Origin: the human T2T-CHM13v2.0 reference genome, Homo sapiens | Assembly: GCF_009914755.1 (NCBI RefSeq) | Contig: NC_060931.1 | Direction: 5' to 3' (one strand) | DNA length: 64,000 nt | In this document: positions 31,611 to 45,420 of the stretch, piece by piece | Layout of the letters: every line of letters starts with the position of its first letter | How positions within the stretch are numbered: the first letter of the stretch is position 1 | The notes under the pieces: generated by a model | Told to the model about the DNA's origin: nothing | The model's database searches: none | Seen by the model: only the letters and a program-made list of their open reading frames with translations | Translations under genes and position numbers: made by a program

Positions 31611-32415
31611 AGGTGTTATTATTCTTAATAGTTCAGCAACCTGCCTGGAAAACACTATGTTACTTCATTGTTTGGTTAGAGATGGATCAGCTTTGTTTGT
31701 GGCCCTGACTATGGAAGGGATTTGCAAAAGCAGTGGAGGTTGGGGTTGCAGAAAGGTCTGGAAATGCCACTTTACGTTAAGGGCTTGAGGTATATTGTGC
31801 AAAGGGCCACAGTTGACACCTCCCATCTCTTGGACTAAACTCAGTTGGGAAAGAGGTCTTGGGTGAAACCACTTCTTTCAGCTGGGGAGTTTGGGTCCTT
31901 TTCCCTTTCAGCTTCATGTTCTTCATCTTAGAAATGGTTTTCTTCATGTTGTCTTTCTATTTTTTTTCAAGTTCTGTTGAGTTGAGAGACATGACCCAGA
32001 GCCTTGGACTTGTACACTTAGGGTTTGTGGCTGACCAAACTGCCTTTTATTTTTTTCTTCCAGATATTTCTGTGTAAGAGTTATGGGGAAGTCAATTTTA
32101 CTATCAGTAATGAAGAATGAGCAAGCAAAAGCTTAATTAAAATAATAAATCATCAATCAAATTTAATACTGCCATTGGCAACCACTGGGCTATCTCAGGG
32201 CCCCCCTACCCATGCTCCATTATTATTTTCCAAGAGACTGAGAACAGACTTTGTCCAAAGGAGACAGGCTGGAGCAGGTATAAGCTTGCATTCTCTCCTG
32301 TCTGTGAGTTCATGCTCGTTTGCTCAGGATTTCCCCTGACCGAATGTTCTAGAGAGGTCATCACTTCATTTTACAATTTCCAATGATCAGAACTGCTGAT
32401 AAGCAATGAAATCTC

Positions 32416-32710
32416 ACTGGGTTCAGTGGCTCACAGCTATAATCCCAGCACTTTGGGAGGCCGAGGTGGAGGATCACTTGAACCCAGGAGTTTGAGACCA
32501 GCCTGGGAAACATAGTGAGGCCTTGTGTCTACAAAAAAATAAAAATAAAAATAAATTAGCAAGGCATGGTGGTACATGCCTGTAGTCCCAGCTACTTCTG
32601 GAGGCTGAGATGGGAGATTGTTTGAGTTTGGGAGCTTGAGGCTGCAGTGAGCCATGGTTGTGCCTCTGCATTCCAGCCTGGGTGATGGAGCAAGACCCTG
32701 TCTCAAAGAA
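32416..32710 (+). mobile_element. AluJ
   Basis: AluJ diagnostics (ggatcacttgaacccaggagtttgag, gaggctgcagtgagccatg). Perfect 14-bp TSD AAGCAATGAAATCT at 32401-32414 and 32711-32724. Confidence 0.93.
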
Positions 32711-34797
32711 AAGCAATGAAATCTGGCCCCTTTGGGTCTTTGGTTGCTGCCAACACACTTCTTTTTTCAGCTTTTGTTTCCGTCTCTTCATTCTAGAACC
32801 TTGGCTTAAAGTCTGGTCTGCTTACCCAAGTCCTGGGTAATCCCTTACATGGTACCTCTCATAGGTTACCTTGTACTAGGGCAGAAACGTGGCAGGAGAC
32901 CTCGCCTGTTTGGCCCAGGTGGCCTGTCCAGAAAATCTGCAGACTAGCTTAACTACATACTAGTCTGTTCCTAAAGTCTCAACAGCCTATTGGAGCTAAC
33001 CTAATTTGAATATGATACTTCTGTACATTTTAGTGCTGTGCTTTACAAACTAACCTTCCCAGCTGATCCCGTAAGCCAGGCTGGGAACTGGGTTCTGTTC
33101 CCAGGTCCACTGCTAGCTGCCTCTTTGAGGGATCTGAGACAGCCTCATTGTGTGCCATTTCTCCATCTGCAAATCTTAAGAAACCTGTGAGGATTAATGA
33201 AATAATGTCTACAGAGATCTTTAGAAGAAAGCTGCTATGTAAACCTGAAGTATTATTCTTCTGTTTATGAGAAGTGGTATAATATTGCCTGGGAGAAATT
33301 GTGACCTGGGTTCAAAAGTGCTAAAAAGTTCTCTTGGGCTCTTTGGGATCTGGAATTGGGTTACAATGGGGATACTTCAAGGAGAAGTTGACTCTTTGAC
33401 TTCATACATAGAGAGACTAGAAATTCCGATGAGAATATACACGCTGATGTGGGATCAGCTTCCCCTGCTTCCTCCTCCTTGGGGCACTTGAAACAAGACA
33501 TCCATATTCCTAACAACAAATTCCTATTTGAGCCATCTTGAGACTCTCCACATGGACCACTATTGTGTAAGTTCTCAGATAATAAAAATTTGAGTAAGCA
33601 TCAAAATGTCCTATTTGTGCTCAGCAATGGTGATGGCTTTTGAATCAAGGTGAAGATCTCTTTCGTGCTTCTCACTGTGCCAGAAGTTACACCACAGTGT
33701 TTGTGTGATCTGCTGTTGTCTGTTGTCTTATTTTCCCCAAGAGCTTGTAGGTTTCTGGAGACTAGGAACCTTGCTGTATGATTTCTGTCTCCCTCCCGCA
33801 GCACTGAGTATAGTGATACGTGTGCCAAGGCTTTGTTTTTCAGCTTTAGAGCCTCCACTGCTAAGCAACTTTCCCTCTCAGAGTCGCCAGGCTGGGGCAT
33901 CTATCCCAGGAAATTGGCTATTTGGGATGAATGTGGGTCTACCTCCAGGGGTATTTGTATTTTGGTGGGGAATTCTTGAAGGCAGCAAAATCTGTAAGCT
34001 CCTCCCCAACAAAGACTACCGGGATGGAATAACAGGGCACCCCGCCACTTTATTCCCAGCAGTCACACTACCTGGCCTGTGTGCTTCATTGACATATTGA
34101 GTATTGTTCACTCGGGCAGAAAAAAATACCACAACCTCACAGCCTTCTTAGTTTCCTGAAAAAAGATCTGTCACTTTGAATTTGCTAGTTTGCCAAATGA
34201 CAGCTGTTTGCCTCCCAGGCAGGCTTTGCTGTCATCAGAGACAGGGATGGAGGGAAAATAATGCCATCATCTAGGGGAAGGGTCTTGTGTTGATCTTCAA
34301 CATGGCTAACCAAATGGACGATCAGCAGGCAGACACGAGGTATTTTCATTTTCACTCTTATTTCAAGAGATTTGTGATGGTGTTTCATAGTCTAAAAATA
34401 AAGGATCCGCCCGCAGACATTTCTCCCTCCACTACCCTCATCATATTAGCTGCTGCGTTTTCCTCTCCAGATTTTGATTCTATTATTTTTTATTATAAAT
34501 GAAAGGTCAAGGAATACTTTTCGTATTCCATAATAGGATTGGTTCTGGAAGAATCTTTGAAAAAAAAAATACGTTCAAGACATTGGGGCTTGGAATAGAA
34601 CGGAAGCATCTCAAAAGCATGTTTTTCTGGTTAAGGAAAGCACACGAGAACGTTTCACAGCGGTGCTCTGCTATCTTCTCTGTACCCCTCCGCCCTACGC
34701 TCATGGGAGAGCTCATTTCTCTCCCCATCAGACACTGGGAAATACTCCCAAGGCTCTGGCAGTCTCAAGGCTGCAATTCCTGAGACCGGGGACTCTG

Positions 34798-34816
34798 TGC
34801 TGCCATCTCGTGGCAG
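34798..34816 (-). promoter_or_regulatory. CTCF-binding motif
   Basis: Minus strand reads CTGCCACGAGATGGCAGCA, a close match to the CTCF core CCASYAGRKGGCRS, in a locally CpG-retaining non-repeat segment. Confidence 0.6.
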
Positions 34817-37089
34817 ATCTCAGACACAGCAAGCTGGCTGCCGGAATCCTGTTTGAACTTGGCTTGCGGCGGGAGCTGTGGTTTGGCTCAAATCCTTATA
34901 GAGCTTTGTTGCCAGTCATGTTGATTTTTAAAAAATGTTTTACTCCCTATGCCCCCCTTTTAGTTTTTCATGTTGGCACTTCATTTAATGTGCCTCCAGA
35001 GGCTACATTTTGGGTTTTGATGTGTTTGGTCAATGTTAAAGAATCGGTTAACTATCTTCCTGAAAGAAGGCAGTAATGCAGACAGACGCCTTTGACAGCA
35101 GGTAGACCACTGGCTGGCAACCGTAGAAAGAGGGACACACGGGAGACTAAGAATGAAAGATGCAGTAAGGTTTATTGCTCTTATTCATTGGTTAGGTTTT
35201 TTTTTTTTTTTTTTTTAGAGTATTCTGACCTTTTCCTTGAGTGTATTTTTGCTACCATTTCTCTTGTTTAGATCTGGAGAGACTCAAACTCAAGCTGGGA
35301 TTTGGGGAAAAGTGTTTGAGGATGCCAGTCTGGCTTTCAGAGGCATGATAGGCACATCTCTGTTGATATCCAAATTGGAACAACTTTCCTTGTTACCAGA
35401 AAACAGCTGGTGTCTGCAGACCTTCCCATGGTTGGCCATGACACAGGCCCCTGGAGTTGCTCTGCTTTCGTTAGAGAGTTCCTGTCTGGAGCCACCAGGA
35501 AGACACCAATCTCCCCTGGGGCCTGAGGGCAGGATCATTATTTTGTTCTCTTCTGCATCCTGAATGCCTGGGAAGGCATTTAAATGACAGGCCTCTATTT
35601 GTATTCCAGATCTGTGTCTTGGGTGACCCTGGGCAAGTTTCCTAACATTGATCCCTCCTCTGTAAGATGGCGATCATTGGGAATTTTTGGTGAAAAAAAT
35701 GCACATAAGATTCTTAGCACAGAGCCTGAACACACAGAGAATGAGTTCAGTAAGTGTGAGCCAGTATTAGAAAATGTTTCTTGAATGAAGATGTGAACGG
35801 AATGAGCCCTGAACTTGAGTCACAGTGGTGACACATAGTGCATGTGGGGATGAGGCAGCCCAGGGGGTGAGGGAGTCCTGAAGGCATGGCTTTGCGTGTG
35901 CCACTTCTCTCCAGAGCCACTGGCTCAAGAACAAGTGTTTTTGTCTCTTGGCAAAATTGGGAAAGTGAATGGAGTGGTCTTAATTAACCTGTGTTTGAAT
36001 TTACTCTGTAGCTGCTGGACTCAATTAAGGAAATGGAGGAATCAGGCTCTCACCAGCAATTCCCTGAGCTTTTAAAGTTTTTTCTTGGAAGGCCTGGGAT
36101 TCCAAAGACTACTCCACATTCACACCAATCAGACACCAGGGCAATGATCAGATATGGCAGTTCTGTACCAATGTGACCGTTGATAGAATATTTAAAAACT
36201 CCCAGTGTAATCAGGGGGAAAAAACCCACTAAACCTACAGCTAAGGTTTAGGTTTGTTCTATGTGTGTGTACAAAAAAAAAAAAAAAAAAATCCAGATGT
36301 GAATCTACAAACCATCTGGTTGGAATAACTTTTGTGCTGGACTGTAATTACAAACTATTTATTATGAATCTTGGGATCCTGTTATGGATTTTGACTGGCT
36401 CCCAGGTTTCTAAGTCAGCAGAGTTCCTATATTTAAGCGAATGTGTGCCTTCCTATTTATCAGATCCCAGATTGTGCCATCACTTTGACTGCCCTGAGAG
36501 CTTTGAACTCTCTGTATCTGAAGATTCTTCCCTTCAGAGAGGAGATGCGCTTGGGAGTGGCCCTTGGCTAAGGCCGCAGCCAGGTTGCAGCCAGGTTTGC
36601 TGAATGCATAAAGCCATACAGTCCTGGTAACAGAAGCTCTGTTAATGAAGTTCTTTCACAATTCTCTTGGGGTGGGAGAGTCGGTATAAAATTTAGCTTG
36701 CAAGAACTACGCTTTTCAAAATGAAGTCACTGTCAACAATACCAAGCAGCATACATACCTGGTGGCTATCTGTGATGACTTTGGTGGGAGTTGGGAGAGA
36801 TTATTAATTTGTAAAAAATATGTCTCTTTATTTTGAATGGTGACCATAACAATGTATGACCTTTGTAGTTTAAGAAAAAATTATAAAAATAAATCTAAGG
36901 GCTGTGCCTTATAGTTAGCCTTGATGCCACCATTATCATGGAGAAAAGGGGGTGAGGGAAGGAGTTCTGGGGAGCGTGGAGCCAGTATGCTTGGCTTCAG
37001 ATTGTAGGTCTGCTGTTCACAAAGGGACTGTGGACAGCTCCTTATCCCAGCTCAGCCCCAGTGGCCACAGAAATACTCTCCCCTGATGG

Positions 37090-37261
37090 CAGTGGTTCTC
37101 AACCCTAGCTGAACATTGGAATTACCTGGGAGCTTGAACAAATACCCATGCCTGGTCCTTAGATTAACCAGATCTGAGCTTCAGGGGGTGGGAGACCATG
37201 GCAGTCTTTGTTAAGAACTCCACAGGGGGTTGTAATGTGCAGCTAAGGATGAGGGCCCCTG
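37090..37261. mobile_element. MER5A-type hAT element
   Basis: cagtggttctcaaccctagctgaacattggaattacctgggagctt ... taatgtgcagctaaggatgagggcccctg. Confidence 0.8.
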
Positions 37262-37326
37262 TCTCACAGGATTTTAAGAGTAAATGAGGTCAGCCCCTTG
37301 AGGGCACTTACCATATAACAGATCCC

Positions 37327-37392
37327 AAAAAAGAAAGAGAGAAAGAGACAGAGAGAGAGAGAGAGAGAAGGAGAAAGAGAGAGAGAGAGAGA
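37327..37392. repeat. GA-rich polypurine / (GA)n tract
   Basis: ~66 nt almost purely A/G. Confidence 0.95.
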
Positions 37393-39043
37393 CTGGATGA
37401 CTCAGGTCACCCTCCCATCATAAGGACAACCAGTAAATGAAAAAACAAAACAGCAGCAGCAGCCCCTGCAGGTGTGGGGTGCAGGTGGCTGTGGATCGAT
37501 GCCCTTTCTCTGGGTGTCAGACAAGTCCTAGGACAGTTTCAGGAGAATATTCACCACATTCATTCCAGTGTTCCTTAACAGAAGTGAGTGTCATTTTCTA
37601 TATGTGCCATTCAGTGGACAAGTTTGAGCAACACCGGTCGTGGCTTATTGTTTCTGTGCCTCAGTTGGCCTTGCAAAAGCCACGAGGGCAGGGAAATAAC
37701 AGGGCTGATACGGAAACAGCTGTGGGCAAGGCAAGGCCCAACCCTCCCCGTAGAACTCACTCTCAGCTCACACACAAGCTCGCAGGCACATATGCACATG
37801 CACACCCACACACACACACACCTGCAGGCTCGCATGTGTCTCCTTGGTTCTGAGCAAGAAATGGTGAGATCTTCTTAGTCTCATGACATGGAGGCATACT
37901 GGGTACACTTGAGAATTTTCTCAAATTTGTTATCAGGGCTGAGTTTGGTTTTCTTCTTTATTAATACATATGCCAAGAGAGTTCTAGGTTCATTTCAAGG
38001 TGAGCAGAGCCGGCCAGTTGCTCCTCTCCAACCTGCCCCGAGATGAGGCACTGGTAGTGCTTGCTGTTATCCAGGGAAGGGCATAGGTGTGCACACATTT
38101 ATATCTTCATCTCGAGTTCCATCTCTCCCACTGGAAAGCTGGGTAATCTTGGAAAAGTCAGCTACCTTCTCTGAGCAGCAGTTTTCTTGTTTGCAAAATG
38201 GGGATAACGATACTGACCACACAGAATTTTAGTGAGAATGAAAGCCACATCAGCTAGCATGTGGTCGCCGCTTGATAAATCTCACATTTTGTTGAATTTT
38301 TTGAGACAGTATTTTTGGTTCAGGTGCATACAATCCATATACAAACAGGCATATTCATCATGTTTGTATCTTCTTTAAGACATTTTAACAGCTAACCTTT
38401 CAGGAAAAAACCAAAGATGCAAATGTTCACCACATGTTCATTAGCATAAGTGCTAATATAACACAGCTGTCCCACAGCTAGAAAACACTGACGTCCATGT
38501 CTCTGCTTGGCATGTAGAATATTATTTTTTCTTTTACCAAGCCGATCCAATATTCAACTTTGTCATTATTTGAGTTGGAACTTTAGATTGCTGCATTTTA
38601 ATGCACTCTACTATTAAGGATTGTTGGACGGCCATGTGAAAATATTTTTGTTCTCACGATGCAGTCCTGGCCCAGGTAGCCCAACAGGCAAAATATGGTT
38701 TACACAAATATTATCGTTTCTGTAGTGTGTACTAAAAAGAAACCTTAGAATCTGAAGGAGCGGGAGAGAACTTCTCCCTTGGCAATCGGTTATCTAGGTG
38801 AAGCTGGCTTTGTAAAGAAGGGACTTTTCATCTCCTCTCATCTGACTCTGATCTCCAAAGTCCTGTGTTCCTGGATGGGTATTTCTGTTTCAGAGATGGC
38901 AAAATCCTATTTGCTCTCACAGCGTCTTCTTGCCAAGTGAAGGCCAGATAAGAGTGGGGCTCGGGAAACCTCTGTGGTGTGTTAGGATTTGGGGAATTCT
39001 GTTTGATGTCTATTTCAAATCTCTCGTGTCTCTTTTTGTCTAG

Positions 39044-39148
<105 letters not shown>

Positions 39149-39268
39149 TGATGTCTTGGCCGTCTTCTCTTCTGGCTGCTGCTTCAGGCATTTTTATTTC
39201 TCTTTCTCTCACCTTCCTTTTCACTCAGCTTTTGGCTGGGGTGCACATGGGTGGGGAGGAGAAGTAGG

Positions 39269-39299
<31 letters not shown>

Positions 39300-39318
39300 T
39301 GTTTGTGTGTATGTGTGT
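39269..39318. repeat. Interrupted (GT)n microsatellite
   Basis: ~25 GT units with a few variants, starting 126 nt after exon 3. Confidence 0.95.
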
Positions 39319-40029
39319 ATCTGGGGCTGGAAGGAAGGGGGCTCTCCTGGAGGAGGGATGAAAGTATGTGAGCATCTTCATATTTGGTTTGTTTTCTAAG
39401 GCAGGTTGTTAAAATGTCGTAGAGAAGAGTCAACCACCATGCCTCTGCATATTTGTACACACACACATGAGCATATTTTGTCAACAAGTTTCAACACTCA
39501 GTTTTTCCAGGCTCCACACTCACCCTGCCCACCTCTGCCAGAGAAGTCTTTAAGCCTGTATTTTATCATTTTCGTCCTCATTAAAATTTTCCTTTCCTTC
39601 CAAATTAGATCTAAGTCCCTCCGCCTGTCTTTGAAGCATCTCTAACATCTCCTTACTCCAGCCTCATTTTCCATCACCCTCCAGCCACATGCTCCTTCTG
39701 GAATGTGCTGTTCCTAGTCTCACCTCTCTCTTGGCCTTAGTGTGGGTCTTTTTTCCCAACCTGTCCAGGTGCTGCCTGTGCTCAAGGTGCTCAGCCCTCA
39801 TCTGCCACATTCCCCTTTAGATTTCTATGGCCTCTAGAAGCCCACATGGATACCGCAGTGGTGTGATTTTCCCCCTCTGTGGTTTCATGTAGATCGTCAG
39901 CTCCCTGGGGATTTCACACCGTGTATGTGTCAATAGCGCTTCACAGTGTGGGGCCATGCAGGAGGCAACATTAGCCCAGTGTTCAGGGTGTGGGCTCTGG
40001 AGTCACCCTGCCGAGTCAGAATCCAAGTT

Positions 40030-40410
40030 TACTGGGTGGCAGAGTGTTCCCCAAATTTCACATCTACTTGGAAGCTCAGAATGTGACCTTGTTTGGAACT
40101 AGGCCCTTTGCAGATATAGTTAATTAAGATGAAGTCATGCTGAATTTGGGTGGCCCCAAATCCAATGTGACTTGTGTCTTTATAAGAAGAGGAAGAGACA
40201 GAGACAGACAGAGACACACAAAGAGTGGCAGAAGCTGGAGTGATGCTGCCACCAGCTTAGGAGTGCCCAGGGCCGCCAGGATCTAGGAAAGGCAAGGGGT
40301 GATTCTTCCCAAGTGCCTTCAGAGGTAGCATGCCCTGCCGACACCTTGATCTTGGTCTTCTAGTCTCCAGAACTGTGAGACAATAAATGTCTATTGTCCT
40401 AAGCCTCAGG
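40030..40410 (+). mobile_element. MLT1 (B/C-like) MaLR LTR inserted in a MIR
   Basis: cagaatgtgaccttgtttgga...ctttgcagat...gacaccttgatcttgg...ccagaactgtgagacAATAAAtgtctattg. Confidence 0.88.
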
Positions 40411-40498
40411 AAACTCATCCACCACATTTCCATGTGAGTAGGGGGAGACATGGACCCTTTCTTGATCTCATCACCTCATTTGTTAAGTGAGGACAGCA

Positions 40499-40892
<394 letters not shown>

Positions 40893-41267
40893 TTACTGGT
40901 GCCCTTCACATGCTTGACAAGCTTTCGGTTTGCTTCTCCATGATTGGTCATGCAGAAGGGTGCTTTCTTATGCTGTAGTGTGTAGCCTTCTTTCCTTCTT
41001 GACCTGCTAATTCCTTTATCACCACCCTTTCCTCCTCTTATCTTAATCTTTCAAGGGAAAGAGATACCCAAGACAAACACATTTCCTGAACATTCTTTTT
41101 GGGCTTAAGATGATAAGCCTCTTCTAACCAATCTGGACCCAAGAACAGGCCAGTGAGTGCAGTGTCCTGAGTTCTCTTTCTGATGGAAATCCCAACGCAT
41201 TTGGGGGGAGGTCAAGAATCCTGCCCTGCTCTAAGGTGGACCTTCATGAGAGGGACTCCTGAATGGG

Positions 41268-41626
41268 TGATAGGGTTTAGCTTTGTGTCCCCACCCAAAT
41301 CTCTTCTTGAATTGTAATCCCCATATGTCAAGGGAGAGACCAGGTGGAGGTAATTGAATCATGAGGGTGGTTTCCGCTATGCTGTTCTCGTGCTGTTCAC
41401 AAGATCTGATGGTTTTATAAGGGGCTCTTCCCCCTTTGCTTGGCACTTCTCCTCCCTGCCACCTTGTGAAGAAGGTGCCTTGCTTCCCCTTCACCTTTTG
41501 CCATGATTGTAACTTTCCTGAGGCCTCCCCAGCCATGCTGAGCTGTGACGCAATTAAATCTCTCTCCTTTATAAATTGCCCAGTCTTGGTCAGTTCTATG
41601 TAGCAGTGTGAAAATGAACTAATACA
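41268..41626 (+). mobile_element. THE1/MST MaLR solo LTR
   Basis: TGATAGGGTTT...tgtccccacccaaatctc start and ...aactaatACA end. Confidence 0.9.
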
Positions 41627-42570
41627 GTGAGTCTGACTTTTCAGGGGCCCTGGGGTGGATGTTAATATGCACCCTTTGTTTTCTCTCTTTCTACCTCGTA
41701 ATACAGTGCTTGTCTCAAGGGTTTTAAGGGACACAGTCCTGTTCACTCTTAAATACTGGAGACTCCCAGTATTTTGGTGAGTTTTTTTTTTAATTGGAAT
41801 TGTAACTTATGCTCATAGGAGAAGCCTCAAAAAATAGTCTAAACTGTGGAAAAGCAGGAAAAAAATACAGTCTCACCATCCAGAAATAGCAATTGCTATC
41901 GTTTGATATATTTATTTCTGTATTTTCCCATGTAAAAGTGTTTACAGGGTTGATATTTTGCTACCCATATTGCATTATTTATATTTTTTCCTACTTAACA
42001 TTAGGGCATAACATCTCTGTTATTTGGACATATCGTCCTTAATAGATACATAAGATTCTGTTGTAAGAGTGTCTCAACATTCATTTGGTCGTTTCTGACC
42101 ACATTTTTGGGCAGTTAGGTTATACTTTGATTTTTAGCTTTGAATGTGAGTAAAGGCAAGAAGCTAAAGCCAAAGAGCCTTGCGTAGTAAAGGAATAAGG
42201 ACTGGAGGGAGACCCTTGGGAGGGCATTCCCTGAGCCCCTCAGATCTGAGTATTCACCCAATCTGGGTTTGGCCTCCCAAGGAATCCCAGTAAACCTCTC
42301 TGTAACTCTTTTGCATTCTGCATTCATATAGGAGAAAACAACAACAACAAAACAACAACAGATCAGTGGGTAGCAGAAATTCTGAGACAGCAGTAGCAGC
42401 TGCATTTCTGATAAGTCCTCTAACAAGAGCCTGCATGCTCATGCTGAAGCTTTTGACTGTTCTTGCTCAATGAGAGTGATTTAGTGAGGAATCATAGTAA
42501 TGCAGAAGTTTGCTGATAATAGTTTACTTTGGAACTAAATAATGTCTAGGCATGATTGTCTCAGGGTCAA

Positions 42571-43020
42571 AGAATTTATATATATTACATATATTTATAT
42601 ATAATAGAATTTATATATATTATATTATATATATTTATATATAATAGAATTTATATATATTACATATTGTATATATTTATATATAATAGAATTTATATAT
42701 GTAACATATATATTTATATATAATATAATTTATATATATTATATATTTATATATAATTTATATGTAATATATTTACATATAATTTATATATTTATATATA
42801 ATTTATATGTAATATATTACATATAATTTATATATTTATATATAATTTATATGTAATATATTACATATAATTTATATATTATATATTTATATGTAATATA
42901 TTACATATAATTTATATATTATATATTTATATATAATATAATTTATATATGTTAGAAATAAAAATATAATTTTAATATAAATATATATTTATATTATATA
43001 CATTTTTATATATGTAACTT
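42571..43020. repeat. AT-rich degenerate minisatellite with palindromic units
   Basis: ~450 bp almost only A/T; ~35-44-bp related units. Confidence 0.95.
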
Positions 43021-43081
43021 AATACACAATGGGGTCTCCTTAGCAAAGAAATGGAGCCTCGTTTTTTCAGATCATTTAACA

Positions 43082-43606
43082 CAGTGGTTCCCAACCTTTT
43101 TGGCATCAGGGACCAGTTTCATGGAAGACCATTTTTCTTTCCATGGACAGGGGTCGGGGGATGGTTTTGGGATGATTCAAACGTATTACATTTATTTCAC
43201 ACTTTGTTTCTATTATTATTACATTGTAATGTGTCATATATAACTCACCATAATGTAGAATCACTGAGAGCCCTGAGCTTGTTTTCCTGTGAGTAGATGG
43301 TCCCATCTAGGGTTGATGGGAGACAGTGACAGATCTTCACACATTAGATTCTCATAAAGAGTGCACACTTAGATGACACGCATGTGCAGTTCACAATAGG
43401 GTTTGTGCTTCCATGAGAATCTAATGCTGCAGCTGATCTGACAGGAGGCGGAGCTCAGGCGGTGATGTGAGCGATGGGGATCAGCTGTAAATACAGATGA
43501 AGCTTCGCTCATTTGCCCACCTCTCACCTCCTGATATGTGGCTCAGTTCCTTACAAGGTACAGACCAGTACAGGTCCGTGGCCCAGGCAGGGGTTGGGGA
43601 CCCTTG
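43082..43606. mobile_element. MER1A (hAT-Charlie) MITE
   Basis: Termini cagtggttcccaacc / ggttggggacccttg; 8-bp TSD ATTTAACA/ACTTAACA; 525 bp. Confidence 0.9.
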
Positions 43607-44799
43607 ACTTAACACATTGTAACAGGAGCACTGATAGACTGAATTCTCCTGTATTTTGAATGGTATCTGCATTCAGAGGTAATACCTTTTGCAGTTTTTA
43701 AAGCTGCTCACCAGGCTGTGTGGTCAGGCCTCTTGCGGAGGTGCACACAGCGTGTACCTAACATAGTGCAGTGGGTGCCAGGCAGAATGGGTGCAGGGCA
43801 TGGCTCTATCAGCAAGCATATGGGAAGGTGAATCTAGTATTATTCGTGGATGACCAATAGTGAAAGCTTACTAGATGCTTCAGGTTACCCTTGAATATTG
43901 TTTCCTGTTTGTTTGTTCTTCCTTTTACCTGAGGGAATGTGTATAAACGGTGTTTCTCAAAATGTAACGGATCACAGAAGCAGCAGTTAGAATGCAGATT
44001 CCTGGGGCTTGCCCTGTATAATAGTAGTCAGCAAGATGATCATCCTCTTCATCAAAACAGCAGCAGGTAGTACTCCTGGTGGTACTTTCTTGGAGCCAGG
44101 CACTGAATCCTCACAAGGTCAGCCCCATTTTACAGATGGAAAAATGGTGACACTGAGAGCCTTAGTGACTTTCCCAATATCACAGAGCTAGTAAGTGACA
44201 GAGATGGGAGACAGACCCAGGTGGTCTCACCATTAGGCTTCCAGGCCTGCTGTATCAGCAGCACCCAGCCTGGGCCCCTGACTGTGTATTTTTAAGTCTC
44301 CACTGAGACCCTTATGCAGACAGGCTTGAGGACCACAGCTATCAGACAAACAACGGAAAGGAAGAGAGAGGGTCGGCCTCCCTGTTGGAGAAATGAGAAC
44401 CACATCCCACAGCTTTTAGAGGCTGATAGTCATTACCTATCCTGGTCAATATACTTGAGAAAAATCAAGCATGAGACCATGTAGGCGTGAGAAATCTCTT
44501 TACCTTTTGTAGTGGGAGGCCATGTTTTCTCTCTGACCCTTTGCTGTCTTCCTATTTTGAAAATCAGTAGAATGATTAAAAAAGAAATAAAGGAAAACAG
44601 CAGATAATGACCAAGGAAACATCACTCTGATGTTGAAGTGCTGGGGAATGCTTATTGGAAATCTATTCCAGTTATTCGATTGTGTAAGTAAATGGGAGTG
44701 GGGAGACCTGAACCCCAAGAACTGGCCTCACTTCCTCCCATGATTTGTTGAAACTTTCTTTTCTTTTTCCCTTCTGACTTCTCTCTCTTTCTCCTTTCC

Positions 44800-45420
44800 T
44801 TCCTTGGCACAATCATGTTTAATTTTAAATTTAATTAAACACTACATTAATATATTATTGTACTAAAAAAGTTAAACAAGAAAGGAGAAAGAAGTTCTTT
44901 TTGAGCCTGTGAAACCCACTCTGCTCAGAAATAACAACTGTTACCAATTTATTGTGTGTTTTCCAGACCTTTTTCAGTTTATTACATGTATATATAATTT
45001 TGTTTGTGTACTTTTATTTTTACATAAATGGAAAGAAATGGTCTTTTGCAGTTTGCTTTGGCCAAACTGCCCCCGCACCCCACAACATCAAAAAACAAAA
45101 AACCTAAAAATCAACAACAATGTGACTTAGGAATTTTCCCAGGCCAGTTCATGCTTTTTCAACTCTTGTATGGATTCCATAGTATAGATATAGAGTAATT
45201 CATTTAACACCTCCCTATTGATAGCTGTTTAGATTTTCAGTTTTTGCAAGCTGCAGGGAACCAGCTTGTCATTCCTGTCAGGCCCATGTGTGTCTGTTTC
45301 TCAAGGACAGAGACCTAGAAATCACAGTGTTGGGAGAAAAGGTGTGCATGTGTCAAACTATGATGGACATTTTTACTAAATGGCTCCAAAAAAGACAAGG
45401 CTATTTTCTTTCCCTCTTCC
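44800..45420 (-). mobile_element. Ancient L1 (L1ME-like) fragment
   Basis: cagaaataacaactgttacc...gtatggattccatagtatagat...atttaacacctccctattgat; similar pieces at ~41780-42120 and ~51020-51300. Confidence 0.6.

Noticed and set aside
42571-43020. Repeat-spacer look of the palindromic units (CRISPR-like)
   Set aside because: The spacers are themselves AT low-complexity repeats, there are no cas genes, and the context is a eukaryotic intron.
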